A stretch of 62,545 bases of DNA from Coriobacteriales bacterium (lineage in GTDB: Bacteria; Actinomycetota; Coriobacteriia; Coriobacteriales; UMGS124): positions 1 through 62,545 of the forward strand of contig JAFWFL010000025.1 of assembly GCA_017515595.1 (NCBI GenBank). The letters are read 5' to 3'. The notes under the pieces were generated by a model, which made no database searches, was not told the origin of the DNA, and was given only the letters and a program-made list of their open reading frames with translations. Positions 9,689-18,176 of this stretch are shown here, one piece after another. Numbering within the stretch: the stretch's first letter is position 1; the number at the start of each line of letters is the position of its first letter. Position numbers and translations under genes: made by a program.

Positions 9689-10915
9689 TTAACCCTCAGC
9701 TGTAGCTTCATAGTAATCCCGCCAGGGGATCTTGCTGAGCTTTTTGGGAAACTCATGCTCATACAGAGCAATAAAGCAGTCGTCGGTAAGACTCGAAATA
9801 AAATCTGCCGTAGTCTGATGCAAATCCTCCTGCCAGGTATAAACACGGTCATAATAACCCGTTTGCCTGCTGAGCGGCTCTATGTGCTGCTTAAAGATAG
9901 GACTTGATTCATTGCCGGTAACAAGATCATCATACATCCGGTCATAGAGTTCCTCAAAAAGCGGGAATACGGATTCATCGCATATTCCTTCTACCTGTGG
10001 ATTCCGGTATATGAGCTCATAGTTCTCTCGCTTTGCACGGGCAAGCTCATCAAAAGCCTGCTCGCTCATCTCTATATGATCTTTACCGTAGCTATGCTCA
10101 ACAATATCGACCGTGAGCGTTTGAAGTACCCAGGAATTATAACCTCCTACAGCTCCGGTTTTAAACGGAGCATCATGAGGCAAGAGTCCTGCCGCAACGG
10201 CATCCTGACGGTCTTTGCCCACATAAGCAATAATATCGCTGATGCGCACCACGCAGCCTTCAAGCGTCATGGGCACAAGCGTATCTATAGCCGCATCGCC
10301 TTGCACGCGGCACTTCTCGATAAGCGCGTCAAATTCTTCAAATGATGCAAGATTTGAAGTTCTGAAAACCCGTTGCTCATATTCACCGTTGTGACAAAGC
10401 ACACCGTCCAAAACCTGGAGCGCGTTGTTGCGGCAATACATGCGGTCAAGAACCTGGACACTTTGAATATTATGCCTAAAATACCTGCCCGTTTGCTTAT
10501 GGTATACCGCATCCAAAGCACGCTCTCCCGTATGGCCAAACGGTGTGTGGCCAATATCGTGGCCCAGAGCTATTGCTTCTATGAGATCAAGATTGAGCCC
10601 CAGCGCCGCTCCAATATCACGCGCAACTCTTGCAACCAGCTGCACATGCAGGCCTCTGCGCGAAATATCGTCATTGCGCGTAAACGAGAAAACCTGCGTT
10701 TTGCCGGTATAGCGGTTATATGCCGGAGTGTTGATGATCTTCTGGGTATCTCTGACAAATGCCGGTCTCCAAAGCGTTGCTCTGTCATGAGGGGCATCGA
10801 ACCTTCTGATGATGTGTTCGTCTTCACAGCGGTACGGATTGGTAATGTGATGTTCGCGGTCAAATATGATGCGGGCTTGGAGTTCCTGCGATAAATCTGT
10901 AGGAGCATTATACAT
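9689..10915 (-). CDS. dGTP triphosphohydrolase-like HD-domain protein
   Basis: F.RD..KI, GKTQVF, GHDIGHTPFGHTGE, HN, SDIIAY, DFISSLTD; ATG at 10915 with GGAGGA SD. Confidence 0.87.
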   Translation of the reverse strand: MYNAPTDLSQELQARIIFDREHHITNPYRCEDEHIIRRFDAPHDRATLWRPAFVRDTQKIINTPAYNRYTGKTQVFSFTRNDDISRRGLHVQLVARVARDIGAALGLNLDLIEAIALGHDIGHTPFGHTGERALDAVYHKQTGRYFRHNIQSVQVLDRMYCRNNALQVLDGVLCHNGEYEQRVFRTSNLASFEEFDALIEKCRVQGDAAIDTLVPMTLEGCVVRISDIIAYVGKDRQDAVAAGLLPHDAPFKTGAVGGYNSWVLQTLTVDIVEHSYGKDHIEMSEQAFDELARAKRENYELIYRNPQVEGICDESVFPLFEELYDRMYDDLVTGNESSPIFKQHIEPLSRQTGYYDRVYTWQEDLHQTTADFISSLTDDCFIALYEHEFPKKLSKIPWRDYYEATAEG

Positions 10916-10925
10916 AACAGTCCTC

Positions 10926-11567
10926 CTATGCCCGTTCCAGCTTAATTTCGCATGCGGCGTCTCCCCATGCAAAGCGCGAGGTAGTGCTTGCTTTGCAACC
11001 GCATGCCGCAGCAAAGCTGCCTTCAAGTTTGCATAGATACTTTAATAAGTAATAGCGTTTGTTCGCAACGCACATATCTAAAAGACCGCAGTGCGACACC
11101 GCGCAAAGCAGGGCGTCAGACTGAGTAGAGCTGTCTCCCAATGCACTGAGCTCGCCCTCCCATGACCCTGATGAGCGGCTTTTATCATGGCTGAGATACT
11201 CGGCAAACTCATGGGTGTGCTGCTCTTCAAAGGGAGAATGTGCATCAAAATACATCCCTACAATGGGAGTCTTAAGCGCAACGTCTATAAAACTGTCAAA
11301 GTCTTCCTCGGTTACCGTTATCTCCTTGGGAGCCGCAACATGAAACGCAATCAAAAGAGCGGCAACATCAAATATTACCCGTGCATACGCACCGCATGGT
11401 TTTTCTTTGGAACGGTCAAGCGAAGCATCAAGAATCTTACGATATTCACGTTTGGCATCGCGTTGCCAGAGCGAAGCAGAAGCTTCAGGAAACCGTATTT
11501 TTATAAAGTTTGTAAGAGCCGGCACAATACCCAGCTGCAACATTCGGTCAGGATTAGGAAATTTCAT
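10926..11567 (-). CDS. Hypothetical protein resembling the L-2-amino-thiazoline-4-carboxylate hydrolase-like family
   Basis: C-terminal HCG...LC...GDAACE cysteine pattern; ATG at 11567 with AAGGAAGG SD. Confidence 0.5.
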   Translation of the reverse strand: MKFPNPDRMLQLGIVPALTNFIKIRFPEASASLWQRDAKREYRKILDASLDRSKEKPCGAYARVIFDVAALLIAFHVAAPKEITVTEEDFDSFIDVALKTPIVGMYFDAHSPFEEQHTHEFAEYLSHDKSRSSGSWEGELSALGDSSTQSDALLCAVSHCGLLDMCVANKRYYLLKYLCKLEGSFAAACGCKASTTSRFAWGDAACEIKLERA

Positions 11568-11806
11568 CTCTGTCAAACCTTCCTTACAGATCAGAATGGA
11601 ATCATTATTCATAAAGAGCACGGATTTTTAGTAGGTATTTATGCCCCATAGCCCATGCTTTACCTTAAACGTATCATGTATGGTCTATTATATACAAGAA
11701 CCAGTGCCGGGGTCAAAAAAGACTAGGGAGACAGTTTAACCTAGGAACCTTCATACCCCGTCATCACATAACAGACTTATCTTATCTTGTGGAACGGAGA
11801 TTAATT

Positions 11807-12856
11807 ATGCCCAATGTTGGCAGTTACGAAGCAAGTCTTGAGCGCAGCGAAGCCCTGAAGGAGCAGCTCGCCAAAAATCCCCAGCAGTTTAGAATGCTCA
11901 CGGGAGACCGTCCAACGGGCAGGCTCCATATGGGTCATTACTTTGGAACCATTCGCGAACGTGTGAACCTCCAAAACCTTGGAGTTCCTACAATGATTCT
12001 CATTGCTGACTATCAGGTTATCACAGACCGCGATACTACCGAGCATATTCAGGACAACGTCTATAACATGGTTATGGACTACCTTGCATGCGGAATCGAT
12101 CCGGCTAAGACCTCAATTTATACGCATTCGAGCGTACCCGCCTGCAACCAGCTTATGCTCCCCTTCCTTTCGCTCATGAGCGAATCTGAACTCCAGCGTA
12201 ACCCCACGGTTAAAGCCGAGATGGAGGCATCAGGCCATGCTCTTACCGGCCTTTTGCTCACCTATCCCGTACACCAGGCTTGCGACATTCTCTTTTGCAA
12301 AGGCAACATAGTGCCGGTTGGCAGAGACCAGCTTCCCCATATAGAAGCCACTCGTCTTATTGCGCGTCGCTTTAACGAGCGCTACGCTCCGGTCTTCCCC
12401 GAACCTGAAGCGCTTCTTAATGACGCCCCGGCTATTCCCGGCCTCGACGGACGCAAGATGTCCAAATCATACGGCAACGCCATCAGTCTCTCGTTTACGG
12501 CAGAAGAAACCGCTAAACGCATTAAAAAGTCGCCCACAGACTCCGAGCGTGTTATCACCTTTGATCCCGAAAACAGACCGGGTGTCTCGGCGCTTCTTAC
12601 CACTGCCGCTCTTTGCACCGGTAGAACAGAAGAAGAAATTGCTGCCGAGATTGGAGCAGCAGGTTCAGGCGCACTGAAGACTTATGTTACGACGAGCGTG
12701 AACGAGTTCTTTGCTCCCATTCGCGAGCGCAGGCATGCATACGAGAATGATCTCAACTATGTAAAAGATGTCCTTCACGAGGGCATTCGCAAAGCCACCG
12801 AGATTGCGGAAGCAACTCTTAACGAGGTTCGCGAAGCAATGGGCATGGTTTATTAA
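11807..12856 (+). CDS. trpS: Tryptophan--tRNA ligase
   Basis: TGDRPTGRLHMGH, YPVHQACDIL, VPVGRDQLPH, KMSKS. Confidence 0.95.
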   Translation: MPNVGSYEASLERSEALKEQLAKNPQQFRMLTGDRPTGRLHMGHYFGTIRERVNLQNLGVPTMILIADYQVITDRDTTEHIQDNVYNMVMDYLACGIDPAKTSIYTHSSVPACNQLMLPFLSLMSESELQRNPTVKAEMEASGHALTGLLLTYPVHQACDILFCKGNIVPVGRDQLPHIEATRLIARRFNERYAPVFPEPEALLNDAPAIPGLDGRKMSKSYGNAISLSFTAEETAKRIKKSPTDSERVITFDPENRPGVSALLTTAALCTGRTEEEIAAEIGAAGSGALKTYVTTSVNEFFAPIRERRHAYENDLNYVKDVLHEGIRKATEIAEATLNEVREAMGMVY

Positions 12857-12857
12857 G

Positions 12858-13712
12858 ATGCCTTCTCCTACGTTTGAGTGGCAAGGCAAAACATACTCAA
12901 GAGATATCCGCATTGTATTCTCTGATATAGACGGAACACTTTTGCGGCCTGATCACGAGCTAAGCGCTTATACCTGTGATATGTTGCGGCAACTGCCCGA
13001 GCATGGTATTGAGTTTGCGCTTGCCACCGGACGTATGCCTTTAGGCGTCTATCACCTCATAGACAAAATTGGTATTCCAACTCATTTGATTTGCCTGGGC
13101 GGTAGTCTGGTACGCACAAAAGACTCAAAAACCCTTGTCTCCGAGACGCTCTCTTATGAAGCAGCAAAAGCCGTCATTGATACAGCTCATGAATTATGGC
13201 CAGAAATTGTGCCGAGCTTTTTTGCGGGAGATGACTGGTTCACCTCAAAACTTGATGCACCGTGCGTCAAACGTGAAATTGATGTGGTAAAAGCCCGTTC
13301 GGCTGAGCACGACTTATATGATTTGCTCGAACGGGGTATCTTGCCCCATAAGCTCTATTTTAACTGCACGCAGGACAGGGAGCGCTGCATTGTTTTTGCG
13401 GATGCCTTGAGCCAGGCAAGCAACGAGATTGAGGTTATCAGGTCTTTGACCGGTACGCATGTTGAGGTTATGCCTCTGCATGTCTCCAAAGCCAAAGGAG
13501 CGCAAGTCTTACTTGAGCATCTTCATATGACATGGGATGACGCGTGTTCTTTTGGAGATGATAACAACGACCTCCCTATGCTTCAAAAGGCAAAGCTTGG
13601 CGTGGCTTTAGGTAACGCCGCTCAGCCGGTGAAAGAGAAAGCCTGCGCACAGACATTGTCTACTAAGGAAGACGGGCTTGCACTGTTTCTAGACGCTCTG
13701 CTTCATTCATAA
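12858..13712 (+). CDS. Cof-type HAD-IIB hydrolase
   Basis: DIDGTLL, LATGR, SKAKG, FGDDNNDLPM; ATG right after the trpS stop. Confidence 0.9.
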   Translation: MPSPTFEWQGKTYSRDIRIVFSDIDGTLLRPDHELSAYTCDMLRQLPEHGIEFALATGRMPLGVYHLIDKIGIPTHLICLGGSLVRTKDSKTLVSETLSYEAAKAVIDTAHELWPEIVPSFFAGDDWFTSKLDAPCVKREIDVVKARSAEHDLYDLLERGILPHKLYFNCTQDRERCIVFADALSQASNEIEVIRSLTGTHVEVMPLHVSKAKGAQVLLEHLHMTWDDACSFGDDNNDLPMLQKAKLGVALGNAAQPVKEKACAQTLSTKEDGLALFLDALLHS

Positions 13713-13724
13713 AAGAGGTGAACC

Positions 13725-14591
13725 ATGGAAAAACCGAATCCCAACAAACCAAACACACACGATACCAAACCCTCAGAACAATTGGTTACACGCAGACGCG
13801 CTATTGGCCTTTTAGGATGCAGTCTGGCTGCATCAGCCCTTGCCTGTGTTGCCGGTTCAGGATGTACCTTCAAACCCTATGAATCGCATACAGAACCGGT
13901 TGAGGTGTGGAAGAGCAAATATAATTGGAAAGCGCTCTTAGAAAACCCTGAAGGCAGACGCTTTTACTATCCAAACAACACCTTAAGCTCGCGCTTTGGC
14001 ATAGATGTCAGCGACTTTGAGGGCGAAATTGACTGGAAAACCGTTGCCCAGGAAGATATTGAGTTTGTTTTTGTACGCATTGGATACCGCGGTTATACCA
14101 AAGGCGGAATCTTTGACGATGCCCAGGCTCAGGCGAATCTCAAAGGTGCACGTGCCAACGAAATTCCTCTGGGAGCATATTTCTTCTCGAGCGCTATTAA
14201 CGCCGATGAGGCAAAAGAGGAAGCTCAATATGTGCTCGATAAGCTCAATGGCATGGTGCTTGATTACCCCATTGTTTATGACCAGGAACAGGTGCCAGAC
14301 TCCCAGGGACGTGCAAATAATTTAACGAGCGAACAATACACCGCCAACGCAAAAGTCTTTTGTGAAACGGTTGTTGAAGCCGGTTACCAGGCAATGATTT
14401 ATGGCAACCAAAAACATTTGGCGCTTCTCAAACTAAGTGAACTTTCAGATTATCCCATTTGGTACGCAGAATACGGCGTCAAAGAACCTACCGGCCATTT
14501 TGATTTCACCATTTGGCAGTATTCTTCAGGCGGAGTCATTAACGGAATCAACGCTACTACAGATTTTAACATTCACTTCCTCAACGCCTAA
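13725..14591 (+). CDS. GH25 muramidase, probable exported lipoprotein
   Basis: GIDVS, RIGYRGY, GAYFFS, DQE, WYAEY, WQYS; N-terminal TRRR, hydrophobic stretch and Cys. Confidence 0.85.
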   Translation: MEKPNPNKPNTHDTKPSEQLVTRRRAIGLLGCSLAASALACVAGSGCTFKPYESHTEPVEVWKSKYNWKALLENPEGRRFYYPNNTLSSRFGIDVSDFEGEIDWKTVAQEDIEFVFVRIGYRGYTKGGIFDDAQAQANLKGARANEIPLGAYFFSSAINADEAKEEAQYVLDKLNGMVLDYPIVYDQEQVPDSQGRANNLTSEQYTANAKVFCETVVEAGYQAMIYGNQKHLALLKLSELSDYPIWYAEYGVKEPTGHFDFTIWQYSSGGVINGINATTDFNIHFLNA

Positions 14592-14609
14592 ACACTTATG
14601 ACAAATCAA

Positions 14610-14659
14610 AAAACTGCCCCTCTGCTCCAATAAAATCTATCGAGCAGAGGGGCAGTTTT
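14610..14659. terminator. Bidirectional terminator-like hairpin
   Basis: Perfect 18-bp stem AAAACTGCCCCTCTGCTC/GAGCAGAGGGGCAGTTTT between convergent genes. Confidence 0.8.
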
Positions 14660-14694
14660 ATTGCTTACATTTAAAATGCCAGAGGCAGCTGGTA

Positions 14695-15795
14695 TTATTC
14701 CTCGGCTTCAGGCTGAGCTTCTGCTGCAGCGCTCTTTGTATTGGCGTCAATAATGCGCATGGGGTGCTGATCGTCTGTTACACCGGTTGGAAGCAAATCA
14801 ATCTCAACTTCCACATCATGTTCTGTAAGATCTATGACCTCGTTGTATGCCTTGCGGCTTGGAGCTGTTACCTTAAGTGTGTACTTACCCTTGGTAACAC
14901 CAATCTCGGCTGTGCCCTCAGCACCGGTACTTGCAAATTGCGATTTACTTGAGTCATCTACGAGCTTAAGCTCAACACGAGCGCTGCGTTGAGGTTTTTT
15001 GGTCTTGTCGTCAATAACGGTGATCTTGAAATTGCGCTCGGGACGAACACGCGCTACAAACGAGAACTTATGCTTTGCTTCTTCATGCGGCCTTTCGAGA
15101 CCCTCGGCAACAAAGCGGGCCTCCCATCTGTGCAGTTTCGCCTCGCTTGGAGCCACGGCATGCAACTCATCCCACCAAAGCGTCTTGCGGGGTTCTACCG
15201 GCTCATGAAGCGTACCCGAGCACATCAAAACGTTGTCCTCGGTATAAATCTCAACCTTTTGGCCCGCAAGTCTGCAACCGCTTGAGCAGCTTGCACCCAC
15301 GCAAATCTGAATGGGCTCATTGGTATAAACGGGTGTTGTTACGCCCCAGGTAGAAATAGCAATATGATGCGGCTCAACAGTAAACTCAATCAAAAGATCA
15401 GTGGGCTCATGAGGGTTCTTAAATGCGGGACCGCCGTCATCAGGCTTAGGAAGTTCACGCGGTTCATAATGAATAATATATTGGATTTTACCGGGTTCCT
15501 GAGGCATTGCGATATTCATAGCGCCGCTAACCGCAAGCTCGCCTTCCTGTGTTTTAAAGGTTGTCTGGGCAATGATATTGTCAAAGAAGTCGAGAACCGT
15601 GATTGCGTCTCCCACCAACTCGCATCCGCTTTGGCAGGCTCCAAACAAAACGAGCGAAGCAGTATCGCCCACATAGAGTTTCTCGGGAATACCGTCGATA
15701 TCAAACGATACATCATGACCTTCACCGGTCAGTTTTGCAGGGATATGCTGCTCTTTAAGACCCTTAACGTCAATTCCTACTTGGGCATCTGCCAT
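14695..15795 (-). CDS. Hypothetical protein: two CxxxC-bearing beta-rich repeats plus a C-terminal carboxypeptidase-regulatory-like domain
   Basis: 366-aa ORF with AAGGAAGG SD; GACQSGC and GASCSSGC repeats; C-terminal ITVID...P...A.V.L...TG.EG...GKYTLKV. Confidence 0.7.
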   Translation of the reverse strand: MADAQVGIDVKGLKEQHIPAKLTGEGHDVSFDIDGIPEKLYVGDTASLVLFGACQSGCELVGDAITVLDFFDNIIAQTTFKTQEGELAVSGAMNIAMPQEPGKIQYIIHYEPRELPKPDDGGPAFKNPHEPTDLLIEFTVEPHHIAISTWGVTTPVYTNEPIQICVGASCSSGCRLAGQKVEIYTEDNVLMCSGTLHEPVEPRKTLWWDELHAVAPSEAKLHRWEARFVAEGLERPHEEAKHKFSFVARVRPERNFKITVIDDKTKKPQRSARVELKLVDDSSKSQFASTGAEGTAEIGVTKGKYTLKVTAPSRKAYNEVIDLTEHDVEVEIDLLPTGVTDDQHPMRIIDANTKSAAAEAQPEAEE

Positions 15796-15831
15796 AAGTG
15801 TTACCTTCCTTGCTCACAGCCTTTTTTTGTT

Positions 15832-15848
15832 TGTGGTACGGTACCACA
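15832..15848. promoter_or_regulatory. Perfect palindrome, putative operator
   Basis: TGTGGTAC-G-GTACCACA, 37-53 bp upstream of the 15795 start. Confidence 0.5.
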
Positions 15849-15899
15849 TATTTACACAGGTATTTAGCAAAACTTTATGTTACCCAAAAGATTCGTCTA

Positions 15900-16014
15900 C
15901 AATCAGTTCTCTACCATACCGTTCTCAAGAATCTTTGTAATACCTGACAAAAGGTGCGTCCTTTTGTCAGGCTCAATCAGTTCTCTACCATACCGGTCTC
16001 GAGAATCTTCGCAA
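15900..16014. repeat. 41-bp direct repeat of the ligA 3' end flanking a hairpin
   Basis: 15900-15940 vs 15974-16014, 37/41 identical, first 22 exact. Confidence 0.9.
15943..15971. terminator. Hairpin just downstream of ligA (terminator or stability stem)
   Basis: CCTGACAAAAGG-tgcgt-CCTTTTGTCAGG, perfect 12-bp stem; no strong U-tail. Confidence 0.5.
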
Positions 16015-18157
16015 GATCATCTTCGCTCAAAACGGGAACGCCAAGTTCACGAGCTTTTGTGAGTTTAGAACCCGCAGCCTCACCCGCTACAACAAAGCTC
16101 GTCTTTTTACTCACCGAGCCGCTTACTTTTGCACCAAATGACTTGAGGGCTTCTCCGGCTTCTTCACGGGTCCATCTCTCTAAAGCCCCCGTTAAGACAA
16201 ACGTATACCCGGCAAGCGTCTGCGGGTTTGTCTCGGCAGAGGTATCTTCCATAGAGAGGCCAACCTTACGCAGACGTTCTACAACATCGCGGTTCTGAGG
16301 AACCGCAAAAAAGTCGACAATACTCTGGGCAATCTCTGGACCTACTCCGTCAATAGAAGAAATTGCCTCGGCATTTGCGGTTATGAGAGCTTCCATGGAA
16401 CCAAAAGTTTTAACGAGCGCCTCGGCCACGGTTTTGCCCACATGACGGATTCCGAGTCCAAAAAGAACCCGGGCAAACGGTTTTTTGATTGATTCCGAGA
16501 TATTTAATATTACCTTTTGAGCTACGGTTTTGCCCACAAGGATGGGGTCGCCCTCATTATGGACTTTGTCAGTGGTTTGATAGTATCTGCCGGTAGGAAG
16601 GTTCGCGATATCCTCAAGCGTAAGATGATAGAAGTCTGCGACATCATGAACCAGACCGGCGTCGAGAAGGGCTTCTATCATTTTTTCGCCGCAGGACTCA
16701 ATATCCATAACAGGCCTGCTCACCCAGTGAATAAGACGCTCCTGAGCCTGAGCGGGGCATTCAATGCTCATACAGCGATATGCAACTTCGCTCCCCTCGC
16801 GAACAACCGGACTCCCGCAACTGGGGCAGACTTCAGGCATCTTAAAAATCTGACTGTCATCCGGACGCATTGAAAGTACAGGTCCCACAACTTCCGGAAT
16901 AACATCACCGGCTTTGTGAACAATAATGGTATCGCCCACACGAACATCCCTGCGGCGTATCTCGTCAATATTGTGTAATGTTGCGCGCGCTATGGTAGAG
17001 CCGGAGACAAAAACGGGGTCAAACTCTGCAACCGGTGTTAAAACACCGGTACGTCCTACCTGTATGGCAATATTGCGCAAAACAGTTTGCTTTTCTTCAG
17101 GCGGGAATTTATAGGCTACAAAAAAGCGCGGAGCACGCGCGGTAAAGCCAAGCGTGTGTTGCCAGGCAAATGAGTCTACCTTAACCACAACGCCGTCAAT
17201 ATCATAGGGCAGCTCTGATCTTCTCGAGAGAGCCTTCTCGCAAAACTCATGAACGCTCTTTGCACTGTCGCAACGAGACACATTGGGATTCACACTAAAG
17301 CCGGCTTCTGTGAGCCAGGTTAAAAAAGACATCTGATCAGAAACATCAATTGAATCCATATTTGCGAGCGCATACATAAAGGTTGCAAGATCGCGCGTTT
17401 GAGTAATGCGGGGGTCTTTTTGACGCAAAGAACCCGCAGCGGCATTACGTGGGTTTGCAAACGGGCTTTTACCGGCAGCGTCATTTGCTTCATTGAGTCG
17501 TAAAAACGACTCTTTTGGCATATATACTTCTCCGCGTACTTCTATTAGACCGTCAGAAGATGTTACATGCTTTAAGGCCTCAGGTTCAAGCGTATGGGGC
17601 ACGTCTTTTATGGTGCGCACATTAAGCGTCACATCTTCGCCCATAACACCGTCTCCACGTGTTGCGGCACGTACCAAAACACCGTTGCGATAAGTAAGCG
17701 CTATGCCAAGACCGTCTATCTTGAGCTCACATAAATAGCTGGGAGAGGTATCGAGCTCGCGCTCAACGCGGTCAAGCCAGGCGTCAAGCTCATCAAGGTT
17801 CATAACATCATCAATAGAATACATGCGTGCGGCATGTGCGACAGATTCAAATTGGTTTGAGAGCCCTCCGCCTACATGCTGTGTATATGATTCCGGTGTA
17901 ACGAGTTCGGGATACTGAGCCTCAAGAGCCTCAAGCTCATGAAAGAGTTCGTCAAACTGTGCGTCAGAAATCTCCGGGTCATCAAGTACATAGTAGCGGT
18001 ATGCATGATAATGAAGCCTGTCGTTGAGATATGCAGCCCGCTCTTTTGCCTTATCAGAAGCCTTGGCAGAAGTACGCTTCTTTGGTTCTTCTTCACTTGG
18101 CAAACCGTACTCGGTTACATCAAAAAGACTTGGCGTATACATTTCCTGAGTCGACAT
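15977..18157 (-). CDS. ligA: NAD-dependent DNA ligase
   Basis: ELKIDG, ATRGDG, EVRGE, NPRNAAAGSLRQ, DGVVVK, zinc finger and C-terminal BRCT; ATG at 18157 with GGAGG SD. Confidence 0.97.
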   Translation of the reverse strand: MSTQEMYTPSLFDVTEYGLPSEEEPKKRTSAKASDKAKERAAYLNDRLHYHAYRYYVLDDPEISDAQFDELFHELEALEAQYPELVTPESYTQHVGGGLSNQFESVAHAARMYSIDDVMNLDELDAWLDRVERELDTSPSYLCELKIDGLGIALTYRNGVLVRAATRGDGVMGEDVTLNVRTIKDVPHTLEPEALKHVTSSDGLIEVRGEVYMPKESFLRLNEANDAAGKSPFANPRNAAAGSLRQKDPRITQTRDLATFMYALANMDSIDVSDQMSFLTWLTEAGFSVNPNVSRCDSAKSVHEFCEKALSRRSELPYDIDGVVVKVDSFAWQHTLGFTARAPRFFVAYKFPPEEKQTVLRNIAIQVGRTGVLTPVAEFDPVFVSGSTIARATLHNIDEIRRRDVRVGDTIIVHKAGDVIPEVVGPVLSMRPDDSQIFKMPEVCPSCGSPVVREGSEVAYRCMSIECPAQAQERLIHWVSRPVMDIESCGEKMIEALLDAGLVHDVADFYHLTLEDIANLPTGRYYQTTDKVHNEGDPILVGKTVAQKVILNISESIKKPFARVLFGLGIRHVGKTVAEALVKTFGSMEALITANAEAISSIDGVGPEIAQSIVDFFAVPQNRDVVERLRKVGLSMEDTSAETNPQTLAGYTFVLTGALERWTREEAGEALKSFGAKVSGSVSKKTSFVVAGEAAGSKLTKARELGVPVLSEDDLAKILETGMVEN

Positions 18158-18176
18158 TGGCTTCCTCCCACATGCC

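Noticed and set aside
9689-10915. dGTPase as an anti-phage defence gene
   Set aside because: Housekeeping context next to rarA, with no defence or mobile neighbours
11640-11806. Possible T-box leader upstream of trpS (GTGGAAC near 11789)
   Set aside because: No full T-box consensus, antiterminator or specifier stem; the match abuts the SD
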